Virus record (IMG/VR): IMGVR_UViG_3300021090_001018
Coordinates: 3,361-67,360 of that record
Reading direction: 5' to 3' (one strand)
DNA length: 64,000 nt
DNA from: a virus
In this document: one piece after another, positions 26,900 through 36,100 of the stretch
Position numbering within the stretch: position 1 is the stretch's first letter
How the letters are laid out: each line of letters begins with the position of its first letter
Position numbers and translations under genes: made by a program
Notes under the pieces: generated by a model
The model's input: only the letters and a program-made list of their open reading frames with translations
Told to the model about the DNA's origin: nothing
Database searches by the model: none

Positions 26900-27955
26900 T
26901 TAGGCCGCACCGTGGACGATGCCCGTGTTGCCGTTGTAATCGGCCCTGAGCTGAGGGACGAGAATCGCCATCACCTTGAAGTTGAGACGCATGCCGCCCA
27001 TCGTCTCCCATTGCACCGTGGTGATATCCATGCCGATCACCATGCGAATGACATCGCTAGTCTGTTGGACCAGCACCAGCTGGAAGTCCGTCATGTGGTC
27101 CAGGGTCGTGACCGCCTGGATACCGTTGATCGCGAGCAGGCGCTGGCGCAGGGTGTTGTCACCCTTAGCCGAGGAGTAGTCGTCGTCCAGGTACTGATCC
27201 CAACCGGGCGAGTTGTAGAGCTTCCAGGGCCCATAGTGCTTCTTGTTCTCGCTCGCCTGGCGCATGGCAAGGATCTGCTGCACCATCAAGGCCGGAGTCC
27301 ACGGACTCTCATCTGGGCCCGTAATGTCCACCGAGGTGATCCGACTGGGGAAGTTTGTCATCCCATAGATGGTACCACCCCCATAAGTGAAGGAGCCCGT
27401 GGTACCAATCGTGAGTTTTTCCGCCTCCTCTGACACCCGACGAGCGGCCAACTGGGCCATCGTGGTATCAAGTGGAGATCCGGCGTTCCGTGATGTCGCC
27501 ACCTGGCGAGCATTGAAATAGAAATCCTTGTGAATGACTGGGAGGGGCAAGCCCACCAGGTCATACTCAGGTCGATCGCCTTCAGATTGGCGTGCCGGAT
27601 CCATGCTGATGATGGCACCGGTAATGTCACTCTGACTCTCCGTCTCCAGGACTGTCTTCCCCATTCCATTGGGAATGTTGAAGGTGAGTCCCGCACCGCG
27701 GAGGTCGGCCACCACGCGGAGACGCTCTTTGGCGGCCACCACCACCGCCTCGTCGAGGATCTTCCACTCTTCCTTGCGGAGAGTGGCGGTGGCGTTCATG
27801 GTGGGTGTGGCAACGGGCTTGCCTCCCTGGTTCTGGTTGATGTAGGTGCGGCCATCTTTGCCGACCCACGGCCTCAGGGCCGCGACGTTGAACCCATTAT
27901 TCAAAAGGGTTGTCGCGACGGCCCCTTGGGCTTGTCCGTTGAGGATGAGGTCCAT
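26900..27955 (-). CDS. Major capsid protein (HK97 fold, encapsulin/linocin-like family)
   Basis: LPLPVIHKDF, R....SR..G.PLDTT....AARRV.E..E, IYGMTNFP; position. Confidence 0.9.
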   Translation of the reverse strand: MDLILNGQAQGAVATTLLNNGFNVAALRPWVGKDGRTYINQNQGGKPVATPTMNATATLRKEEWKILDEAVVVAAKERLRVVADLRGAGLTFNIPNGMGKTVLETESQSDITGAIISMDPARQSEGDRPEYDLVGLPLPVIHKDFYFNARQVATSRNAGSPLDTTMAQLAARRVSEEAEKLTIGTTGSFTYGGGTIYGMTNFPSRITSVDITGPDESPWTPALMVQQILAMRQASENKKHYGPWKLYNSPGWDQYLDDDYSSAKGDNTLRQRLLAINGIQAVTTLDHMTDFQLVLVQQTSDVIRMVIGMDITTVQWETMGGMRLNFKVMAILVPQLRADYNGNTGIVHGAA

Positions 27956-27961
27956 ATTGTG

Positions 27962-28489
27962 TTCTTTCTTCTCTGGTTAATGATGTTGGTTGCTACAGGT
28001 CGCGTTTTTTTTTACAAGATACGGACCTTGATTCTTTCGTCAACGTTGGCGCTATCGCTAGCGTCGACGTTCTCGAGGGGGGTCGCGATGCGGATGTCCG
28101 TCGAACTGGCGACCTTCAGAGTGCCGTCACCGTTACTGGTGAGGAACTCCGACTGATCGGCATTCTCACCACCGGATAACCAGGCATAGACGATATCGCC
28201 GGGTTTGCAGATCACGAAGGAGACTCGAGCACCGGAGGCATAGGCGTCGTCAACCGTCTTGCCCTGGAGGGCATCCTCGGTGGCGAAGGCCTTCTCGGTC
28301 CAACCTCCGGCGGTCGCGTGAACAATCACGTCACCGTCAGCCTCACGGGCGAGGAGCATTCCTGGGGTGATAGCCCCGCCCGCCAGCGCCTCCTCAAACT
28401 GCGGGTCGCCCCGGAGGTGAATCCTCTTGGGGGTGTTACTTCCTACTGTGGTAGACATATGGTTTTCTTTCTTCTCTGGTTAATGATGT
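27962..28489 (-). promoter_or_regulatory. Identical 25-bp leader element before decoration and capsid genes
   Basis: ACATCATTAACCAGAGAAGAAAGAA at 28489-28465 and 27986-27962, each 6 nt before the ATG. Confidence 0.8.
28012..28458 (-). CDS. Capsid decoration/cement protein
   Basis: EALAGGAITPGMLL...FLTSNGDGTLK...RIKVRI; between protease and capsid. Confidence 0.8.
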   Translation of the reverse strand: MSTTVGSNTPKRIHLRGDPQFEEALAGGAITPGMLLAREADGDVIVHATAGGWTEKAFATEDALQGKTVDDAYASGARVSFVICKPGDIVYAWLSGGENADQSEFLTSNGDGTLKVASSTDIRIATPLENVDASDSANVDERIKVRIL

Positions 28490-28522
28490 GGGTGGTGTAT
28501 TCTCGGGTAAGAGATAAAGTTC

Positions 28523-30058
28523 TTACTTGGTAGCAAAGTTGAGCACGGGGATCTCCAGGGCCTCTTCGGCCTCCGCATTCCCCGCCGGCACTGGAGCCTG
28601 GCCGGCATAGTTAGCCGTCGTGGTCACCTTGCCGCCCGCCAGGCGCGACAGGGCCCGCAGCTCGTTCAAGGGACGGGCACTCAGATCTTCCTTGGTGAAG
28701 ATGTTGTTCTTGTTGGCGGTGATCGTCTCGATGAGCCGGACCTTCTCCTCATCATAAACGGTCATGCTGTTGCGGAGAACATCCTGAATCTCCTTGGGGG
28801 CGGCGGCGATGTAATCAGCCAGGTTCACCACCTTGGTTCCCTCCTCCCCTTTCTCTTTCTCCGGAGCGACCGCGTTGGCAACCGGAGCCGGCGGGGCGGC
28901 GGGTTTGTTGAGGGCTTCGTTCAGAGCCCCCTCCAGAGCCTCATCCGTGAGGGGCTTCATCTGTTCTTCCGTCATATTGGCCGCTAGGGCAATCCCTGCC
29001 ACGGTGGTGACGGCATGGGCCATCAGGATGGCCACGATCTTCTGTTTGTTCATATTGAATTGTGATTTGATGTTTCGGTTTCCTACGAAGGCGCCAGTCA
29101 CCGTTCGGTATTCCGTAACCCGGCGCACCTCCACGGGAGTCTCGTCACTCAACGTGACACCCGTATCAGCCGCCGTGTAACCCAGACGCCAAAGCTTGTT
29201 CTGAAATTCATAGATGACGAAATTGGAGTAAACGTCCATGACCCATAAATAGCCCGTGGAGGGGACGGCTGGGTCAACATTGAACTTGGTCCGCAAGGCC
29301 TCGCACAGAGCCGAGTTGATGTTGGACATGGACATCTCGTTCTTCGTTACCATCGCCTTGGCCTCATCCATCATCTGTTTGGCCTTCTTGCGCATCTCCT
29401 CATCGCCATTGTCCTGGGCCGTCTTCATCATCTTTTTGGCCTTGGCCATCAGGTCGGCTGATTGATTGCGAAGGAGTCCCGCCCCGTCGGCGAGGGAACA
29501 GGCGCCGATCTGGTCAGGTAAGAGGGCCAGATGGTCGGGGCGGTAATTGCGAGCGACACCAGTGTATTCCTCACCCCGCCAGGTTCCCTCGGTGTCGTCA
29601 ACGTCGATGAAGATGCCCGTGGAGAGCTCCATCATCTCCTTGGCTTCGACCGCGGTCATGATCCGCTCATCAACGGTATTGGCGCGACCGCGGTCAATCC
29701 AGGCTTCCGACCTGAGGCGTCCCTTCTCCCAGCGGGTGTTCATCATCAGTCCGACTTTACGGTTATTGAGGATGACAGGATCGCAAGCAGAGACCCCTTC
29801 ACCATTCATTGTGGGGTGATACACTACGATGGGCTTGTGGTTCCAGACAACTGGGGTCTTGGAAAGCTCTTCGGGGGGGTAGTAAAGTGGTCCCAAGGAC
29901 CCTGTATGAACCCCCTCGGTCAGAAGCACCATGGGAACCACCGTATAGTCTTTCCCTTCCAGCTGATCAACACGACAACTCGTCGGGAGGAAGTTGCAGG
30001 TAAGAAGGGAATACCTCTGGGCTCCTTCGTTCCTGACCAACCTAGACATGGTTTTCAT
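28523..30058 (-). CDS. Prohead protease/scaffold (DUF2213-like)
   Basis: WNHKPIVVYHP, ELSTG, DHLALLPDQIGACS..DGAG; helical C-terminus. Confidence 0.85.
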   Translation of the reverse strand: MKTMSRLVRNEGAQRYSLLTCNFLPTSCRVDQLEGKDYTVVPMVLLTEGVHTGSLGPLYYPPEELSKTPVVWNHKPIVVYHPTMNGEGVSACDPVILNNRKVGLMMNTRWEKGRLRSEAWIDRGRANTVDERIMTAVEAKEMMELSTGIFIDVDDTEGTWRGEEYTGVARNYRPDHLALLPDQIGACSLADGAGLLRNQSADLMAKAKKMMKTAQDNGDEEMRKKAKQMMDEAKAMVTKNEMSMSNINSALCEALRTKFNVDPAVPSTGYLWVMDVYSNFVIYEFQNKLWRLGYTAADTGVTLSDETPVEVRRVTEYRTVTGAFVGNRNIKSQFNMNKQKIVAILMAHAVTTVAGIALAANMTEEQMKPLTDEALEGALNEALNKPAAPPAPVANAVAPEKEKGEEGTKVVNLADYIAAAPKEIQDVLRNSMTVYDEEKVRLIETITANKNNIFTKEDLSARPLNELRALSRLAGGKVTTTANYAGQAPVPAGNAEAEEALEIPVLNFATK

Positions 30059-30157
30059 CGTATTCTACACGGTTTACTCTATCACATTCAGAGATTTACT
30101 AGAAGAGAACAGATCCGTAAAGAAGAAAATAGCTGAATCTTTTCTGAGAGGAGTGGT

Positions 30158-30574
30158 TTAATTCCCTTCGCAGGTCCTCTTCTCGGTGGCCTTGAGAGAT
30201 TCAGCCGGATCCATTGGAGTGAAGGGCCTGAGAACGATGAGTTTGGACATCAGATTCTTGATAGTCTCCTCCGGATCAGGAGTGATCAATGGACGGATAT
30301 CAGAAGGCTCGGCCCCATTACCAATCGCCGCGGCGATGATCTTGAGTGACTCACCTAGAAGCTGGTATTGCTGACAGAGAATCTGATACTGAATATTGAG
30401 CTGGTCATAACCGGAGGAACTCATCTGGGATGCCCTGTCAAGGATCTCCCTCCATCGCCGAGCCACCTCTTCCACCGAGACGCCTAGCTTCGCTGCGATA
30501 GCCCGGTCCGTCCAATTCGCCCTCTTGTATTTCACCAGCATCCCTATGTCAGTCACATTCATGGAATATATCAT
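30158..30574 (-). CDS. HTH-containing hypothetical protein
   Basis: WTDRAIAAKLGVSVEEVARRW. Confidence 0.6.
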   Translation of the reverse strand: MIYSMNVTDIGMLVKYKRANWTDRAIAAKLGVSVEEVARRWREILDRASQMSSSGYDQLNIQYQILCQQYQLLGESLKIIAAAIGNGAEPSDIRPLITPDPEETIKNLMSKLIVLRPFTPMDPAESLKATEKRTCEGN

Positions 30575-31419
30575 CTCACCTGCCGCCTCCTCATCACATT
30601 ATCCAGCAAGACCTCACGATTACGACGCATGACCTCAGGTGACTTATAGAGTCTATCAGAAGAAGACGGATGAAACCGGTGCAGGAGACAGAGCCAAGGA
30701 CTCCGATTGAGAAGTTGCCTTGCCTTAACCCGGCTGATCTCGTGGCAACATCGACGGTGCACCGTCTCAAAGGTAACGACACCCGGAAGGGGGTCTCGAC
30801 CTCGCTCATGCCACTCTAGCGCGAAGATCTGTTGGTAATCTTCCCAACCATATCCACGAAACCTCTCGTCACAGCCGCCCAATTCAAGATAGGTCTCGGT
30901 CCGGCAGATGAACATAGTGGCACAGGGACCGGTCAATCGTGAACCGCAGTAGGTCCTCTGATCGCCCATGATCTTCTGGTAAACCTCCTCAGATAAAGGC
31001 ATCTTCTCTCGTGTCAGGTAGGTCGCTGAGGCCGCCTGGGAGACATAAATCATCCCTCCGTTGAACCATTGCTTTACGAAGGTGCGATCGCTCACACGCA
31101 AGACGGTGAGGAGTTCCTTGAAATATCGTTCATTGGGGAGGGTGTCCACGTCCAGCTTCATCATCCATTTCGTCTCGGTCATCCGAGCCCCCAGGTTATG
31201 ATAGTGACCTATGCTCAAATCACCAGGCCGGTCGGACAGACAAACCTCAAAATGAAACTGAGGATCGCTACCATATTCCTTCTGGATCCAGTCTGGAACG
31301 GGTTCACCCACGAAGAAGACAATGTGTTTGAGACCTGGGAGGGTCGCTCCTTTTACCGCTGCCAGCCAGACCCCTAAGGTCTGCTCGCGCCCCCAATAGG
31401 GTGTGATGGTCGTCAACAT
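30571..31419 (-). CDS. Glycosyltransferase (GT2/GT7-like)
   Basis: NLGA, KLDVD (DxD), GGCDERFRGYGWED. Confidence 0.85.
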   Translation of the reverse strand: MLTTITPYWGREQTLGVWLAAVKGATLPGLKHIVFFVGEPVPDWIQKEYGSDPQFHFEVCLSDRPGDLSIGHYHNLGARMTETKWMMKLDVDTLPNERYFKELLTVLRVSDRTFVKQWFNGGMIYVSQAASATYLTREKMPLSEEVYQKIMGDQRTYCGSRLTGPCATMFICRTETYLELGGCDERFRGYGWEDYQQIFALEWHERGRDPLPGVVTFETVHRRCCHEISRVKARQLLNRSPWLCLLHRFHPSSSDRLYKSPEVMRRNREVLLDNVMRRRQVR

Positions 31420-31421
31420 TC

Positions 31422-32048
31422 CTACCTCATGTAGAAACGATCGCCCCAGCCACTGCCTGTCATCTTGGTCTCCCTTCCGATCAATCCGAATTTCCTCAGG
31501 TAGTCATCGATCTCCCTCACCATAGGACAGCCTTGGTAGAGCGCCTTGACATTGACCTCGATGTAGGCATAACGGAACCGGTGGATCAAATCTCCCATCC
31601 CCTTCAGCGCGAGCAGCTCAGCCCCTTGTAGGTCGATATTGAGGAACCAATCAGGCCCCACTGATAGTTCCTTTGCCTTCAGAAGAGTATCCACTCGTGT
31701 AGTTACCATCTTCTCGTCTCTGATATATTGCACCGAGGGATGCTCAACCAGATGGGTACCAAACTCAAGAATACTAGAGCTCTGGCCCCCATTGTTCGCC
31801 ACGTGGAAGGTAACCTCGTCACCATCCCTATCACTCACACAAGCGCAAAGGCAAGTAGATCCGGGATACGCCACCGTGGCCCTCACCAGTTGAAAATAGA
31901 TCACCGGAAGGGCCTCCACCCAAATAACTCGACGGATCCCCTGCTGAGCATAAGCGTGGGCCTCTTGCCCTAGATTGGCCCCTAGATGGAGAACTCCTCC
32001 AGCTTGGATCTGATATTTCTTGAAGAGGGAATCAAAAGGAATGAGCAT
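31422..32048 (-). CDS. FkbM-family SAM methyltransferase
   Basis: VLHLGANLGQE, SSSIL, NIDLQGAELLALKG, EVN...LY.G. Confidence 0.9.
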   Translation of the reverse strand: MLIPFDSLFKKYQIQAGGVLHLGANLGQEAHAYAQQGIRRVIWVEALPVIYFQLVRATVAYPGSTCLCACVSDRDGDEVTFHVANNGGQSSSILEFGTHLVEHPSVQYIRDEKMVTTRVDTLLKAKELSVGPDWFLNIDLQGAELLALKGMGDLIHRFRYAYIEVNVKALYQGCPMVREIDDYLRKFGLIGRETKMTGSGWGDRFYMR

Positions 32049-32055
32049 ATATCTC

Positions 32056-32601
32056 TCACCATCGGAACCAGGCACCGGCATCTTCAGGCTTATCTTCAGG
32101 AATGAGATGGACCACTCGTCCTGTCTGCTTGGCGAACTGATCCACCACCTGTCTCACTCCATATTGGGGAGCCAGGTAGTCATGGAAGGCCATCACTCCA
32201 CCAACCATTAGTTTGGATTCCCAGGCCTGAATGTCAGCTAGAACCCCCTCCAGCGAATGATCTCCATCTACATAGACCAATGACAAAGACTGGTTTGGGA
32301 CACAACTGACCATCGCGTAAGAATCACCACGGAGGAAAACCGCCCGCCTGCCGAAACGAGCAACCCGTTCGCGAGTGGCCGCGAGGTTAGCATCATGCCA
32401 GGTTTGGGGATTGGAGGCATCACCTTTCTGGGTGGGCACGCATCGCCAACGGTCCACTAGATAGACGTGGCGCCAGACCGCGGGCATAGAGAGCAGGTCG
32501 GCCGAGAAGTAGCCCTCAGCGACGCCAATCTCAACGGCGTCACCATCTACCCCCATCATCAACTTCCAAATGTCGCGACGGTATCGGATTTCGGATTCCA
32601 T
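32056..32601 (-). CDS. Class I SAM methyltransferase (Methyltransf_24-like)
   Basis: VEIGVAEG, VYVDGDHS, GGVMAFHDY. Confidence 0.9.
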   Translation of the reverse strand: MESEIRYRRDIWKLMMGVDGDAVEIGVAEGYFSADLLSMPAVWRHVYLVDRWRCVPTQKGDASNPQTWHDANLAATRERVARFGRRAVFLRGDSYAMVSCVPNQSLSLVYVDGDHSLEGVLADIQAWESKLMVGGVMAFHDYLAPQYGVRQVVDQFAKQTGRVVHLIPEDKPEDAGAWFRW

Positions 32602-32607
32602 ATCTTA

Positions 32608-33303
32608 TTATCGTCTGGTCGCCCAAAAATAAACCCCATCCCGTTGACAATCATGAGTCTGGGCTAACCAACAAAGGACCTGAGTAGTCACCTCTCTCAC
32701 TTTCTCTACCTCGTTACCAGAGATGGCGTAGTCATGAAGCTCCAGGCAGAGGTAATCCATCAAGGAGAGGGCCACCAGGGAGGGGGGATCATCCCAGATG
32801 GCATTTTCACCACCTTCACAATCAATCTTCATCAGGGCCTTCATGGTTGGTTTCCAGAACCGCCAGACTAAATCGCGAACGGTAACGACAGGAACCATTG
32901 ACGCCTCAAGCCCCAGACCATTCCGCACTGCATTCTCCATCACCTCCAATGGGTAACCCAGACCGGCCGATAGGTAACATTCATGCGCCCCATTAACCGC
33001 CGTGGTGGCTCTGAAGACAGGACCCCTCCCCAAAGCCGCCTCGACCAGCGACAAATTAGAATCGTGGGTGAACTGTTTGAAGACCTCCAGATTTTGGGGA
33101 TGAGGTTCCACCGCGACAATATGGGCTTTAGGGAAGAGCTCGCGCGCGAAGCGGGAGAAGACTCCCACATTCGCCCCAATATCAAAGATGACGTCGGGTT
33201 GAAAGGTGACCTGACGAAGGTGATACATATCACAGGTTACCACTTCTCCATACAAGCCGGGGTAACCTCCGTTCAAGCTCTCTTCAAGTGTTCTGGGAAT
33301 CAT
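32608..33303 (-). CDS. FkbM-family methyltransferase
   Basis: FDIGANVGVFS, AVEP, MKIDCEGGE. Confidence 0.9.
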   Translation of the reverse strand: MIPRTLEESLNGGYPGLYGEVVTCDMYHLRQVTFQPDVIFDIGANVGVFSRFARELFPKAHIVAVEPHPQNLEVFKQFTHDSNLSLVEAALGRGPVFRATTAVNGAHECYLSAGLGYPLEVMENAVRNGLGLEASMVPVVTVRDLVWRFWKPTMKALMKIDCEGGENAIWDDPPSLVALSLMDYLCLELHDYAISGNEVEKVREVTTQVLCWLAQTHDCQRDGVYFWATRR

Positions 33304-33863
33304 AAGGTAGCAACTAAAATGTCTTTATGGAATTCTGGCGAGTCGATCAACTTCATTTGGTAATCGGGATTGATCCTCCTCAGAGCGCGGCGAACCTCTT
33401 TGAACCTAACCGGAAGATCCGGCGTCCCCATCAGGCGAACGTCGTCAATCAGGATGTGGTGGATCCTCAGGAGGTGCTCCCGGATCAGAGCGAGCTCCGC
33501 CAGCAGAGGAACATCATCTATCTGGCCCCCTTCCGCACCACAATAATGAGAATCCAGCCAGAAGGTCGCCCGGGTCGTCAAGTGAGGAAGAAAGTCCCTA
33601 AGGAACTCACGGGAGTCACCTCGATGTAGATGAACCCTAATCGCCCGATCCTCAAAACGACGCAGGCAGTAACCAGAACAGAAAGGGTCCACCTCTACGG
33701 TGTAGATACAATCAAAACCGGCATCCAGAGCCGCCTGCACCCCCTCCCCTTTGAAAGTGCCCGTCTCCACAAAGACGGAGGAGAAATAACGCCGCAAGAT
33801 TTCAGAAGAGATAGGCATGTCACCTCCGCCTGGCTTCATGCCAGTCAAACTGAGCGGGGTCAA
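33300..33863 (-). CDS. SAM-dependent methyltransferase-like protein
   Basis: FVETGTFKG, GDS, FWLDSH, ILIDDVR. Confidence 0.85.
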   Translation of the reverse strand: MTPLSLTGMKPGGGDMPISSEILRRYFSSVFVETGTFKGEGVQAALDAGFDCIYTVEVDPFCSGYCLRRFEDRAIRVHLHRGDSREFLRDFLPHLTTRATFWLDSHYCGAEGGQIDDVPLLAELALIREHLLRIHHILIDDVRLMGTPDLPVRFKEVRRALRRINPDYQMKLIDSPEFHKDILVATL

Positions 33864-34575
33864 AATCAGTCATGCGATCGGCAAACCAATAAGGCCCTAG
33901 TTTCCTGAACCCACTGAACTGAGTTATTCCTTTGCCAATATCACTCTGGTTATCATATTGAATGATACATCCTGGAACAAAGGCGTAGGTGATCAACTGG
34001 GGCTCCAGCTGGATGAACGCCCAATCAATTCCCATGCTCAGCGGAAGGATTGCCTCAATCATAGGAAGGATCTTGGCGATGCTCTCGCGGTTAACCAGAT
34101 AGGCGTGAGTCGAAAAGGCCCCATAGGTCCGCATCATGCGAGGATCGTCGGTCTGCTCGGCATCACGACCCAGGTCGTCCTTATGCCACCATGGGGGGTT
34201 CACATGGAAGGTTCCGCCCATCCATAGAACATCCCAGGGATGGTTGGTAATGAATCGCTCCATGTAGTCGATCCTATCAAGGAAATCAGAACAGAAGACC
34301 AAATCGTCCTCCATCACAAAGGCGTGCTTCCCTTGTCGCAGGGCCTCTTCCATAATCCCCACCTGACTGAAATGACAACCAATGGCTCCTTTCTGGGGGC
34401 GGTGTAACATGCACGCGATGCGAGCGGGATCCCCCTGGTATTCAGAAGGGAGCATCCCGCGTGTGCGCGTAGCCTGCAATCCTACCGTCGCCAAGGCTAC
34501 CGCCATGTGCCGCCGGCGATCGGCCCGATGGTCGAGGTTGACAAAACTGAGATAGGCTTGGTTTAATAGACTCAT
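33820..34575 (-). CDS. Glycosyltransferase family 25
   Basis: VNLDHRADRR, GAIGC..S, VMEDD, THAYLV. Confidence 0.9.
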   Translation of the reverse strand: MSLLNQAYLSFVNLDHRADRRRHMAVALATVGLQATRTRGMLPSEYQGDPARIACMLHRPQKGAIGCHFSQVGIMEEALRQGKHAFVMEDDLVFCSDFLDRIDYMERFITNHPWDVLWMGGTFHVNPPWWHKDDLGRDAEQTDDPRMMRTYGAFSTHAYLVNRESIAKILPMIEAILPLSMGIDWAFIQLEPQLITYAFVPGCIIQYDNQSDIGKGITQFSGFRKLGPYWFADRMTDFDPAQFDWHEARRR

Positions 34576-34582
34576 AAATTAT

Positions 34583-36100
34583 TCACAGTCTCTCCCACTC
34601 CAATGGGACAATGTCACGAGTGTCTTCAGGTCGGCCTGGCATGAACCATTGTTTGGGCATGATTATTCTCTTGTTGGGATTTTGATTCAACCAGGCACCC
34701 CACCATGAATAGGTCGAGGCTGAACAAATATGATGCTCGCAGGTAGCCATGTAGGTAAGATCAGCCACCTCATCCGTCCCTTTGCTGATGGTAACATCCT
34801 TCCTCATCCCATAGGTAGCGCGGCACCAAGGGATGTCATCGGAGAAGAAGATGAAGTGATAACCAGGAAAGACTCGCATGGCCGCGTCAATCCACTCCTT
34901 AGAAACCAGCGGATGTTTCTGGGTTAGCATGAGATAGTCACCTCGCCGCACATGGACGGAGACGAATCCTGGAAGGGGTCTCCAAGGAAAACCAAACGCG
35001 GCAATGATTCGATCGCGAAACTCCTTGAAGTATTTCTCCGTCTGCCAGTAACCATCTAGGACGATGTTCTGGCGGCGCCAGATCTCCCGAAAGGGAAGCT
35101 CTTGGTAGTAGAAGACCCCCTCCGTGAGCTTGATCTCCGGCAAGCTCGGACTCCAGTCCGTGTTTACCAGATGCTGGAGGTAGATAGGGTTACCTTTGGG
35201 GTTGGTGGTCCGATTGGGAAGGGTGAACTCGAGTCCGTGCTTCCACGCATAGCCCATTGCAGCCGCCGCTTGGAAGAGGAAATTCCCCATCCTTCCATAC
35301 GTCCTAGGTATCACCATAGATCTGCCTTTCACTTGACGAAGTTTGTCCTCAACGACCCGATCGAAACCTTTAGTGAGATGATGATTCAACTTGTAATGAC
35401 TCCCATCATGGAGGCGATGAAAATAACGGAGACCCGACACCACCATCAACTGCCGGCCGGAGCGAAGCCAGTTATAGATCTGGTAGATGGAATCAGCGGT
35501 GTGAGGATTAACCGAACCATCCCAGACCTCCAAGTAACTCGCGCGGTGGACGAAATAGTTGCAGGTATTGAGGAGGCAACCAAAATTGGTCTTGTTTGGA
35601 CGGAGCGGGGTGCGACCTCCTCTGGCGCGATTGGGAACCGGAGGGGCTGAAGGGGCCGGAGGGGTCATCAGAGCCGCCACATTCTTTGAGGAGATTATCT
35701 GACCCGACCAGGATCGGTAGTCGAAGGAAGGTTCGGCAAATTCTGGACAATAAACCGTCTGGGGGTCCCAGCCCTCCAGAGCAAATAGAGCATCCAAATA
35801 GGCCTTGGAGAGAATGTTATCACTGTCGAAGAGAATAACCCATTCACCCATAGCCCGTTCCACCGCCTTCTGTTTATTGAAGTAGCAATCAAGATTCTTC
35901 TCATTCCGAAAGAGCCTAACCTTAGGCAAATCCCTGAAGCTCTCTACCAGTTTCTCATAGGAACCATCGGTGCTGGCATCGTCGCTGATGACAATCTCGG
36001 CAATACGCGGATCATCCTTTACCTGAGCGATGCACTCAAGTAGAAAGGCATACCGGTTGAAATGAGTGATGGCTAGGCTGATGGAGGAAGGGTGCATCAT
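34583..36100 (-). CDS. Fusion of GT2-like domain and GT11 alpha-1,2-fucosyltransferase-like domain
   Basis: SDDASTDGS, LFDSD; Pro-rich linker; GRMGNFLFQ, GYWQTEKYF, HVRRGDY, FSDD, STYSWWGAWLN. Confidence 0.9.
   Translation of the reverse strand: MMHPSSISLAITHFNRYAFLLECIAQVKDDPRIAEIVISDDASTDGSYEKLVESFRDLPKVRLFRNEKNLDCYFNKQKAVERAMGEWVILFDSDNILSKAYLDALFALEGWDPQTVYCPEFAEPSFDYRSWSGQIISSKNVAALMTPPAPSAPPVPNRARGGRTPLRPNKTNFGCLLNTCNYFVHRASYLEVWDGSVNPHTADSIYQIYNWLRSGRQLMVVSGLRYFHRLHDGSHYKLNHHLTKGFDRVVEDKLRQVKGRSMVIPRTYGRMGNFLFQAAAAMGYAWKHGLEFTLPNRTTNPKGNPIYLQHLVNTDWSPSLPEIKLTEGVFYYQELPFREIWRRQNIVLDGYWQTEKYFKEFRDRIIAAFGFPWRPLPGFVSVHVRRGDYLMLTQKHPLVSKEWIDAAMRVFPGYHFIFFSDDIPWCRATYGMRKDVTISKGTDEVADLTYMATCEHHICSASTYSWWGAWLNQNPNKRIIMPKQWFMPGRPEDTRDIVPLEWERL

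Noticed and set aside
26900-27955. Encapsulin/bacteriocin call for the linocin-like protein
   Set aside because: Position after protease and decoration genes in a head operon identifies it as the major capsid protein
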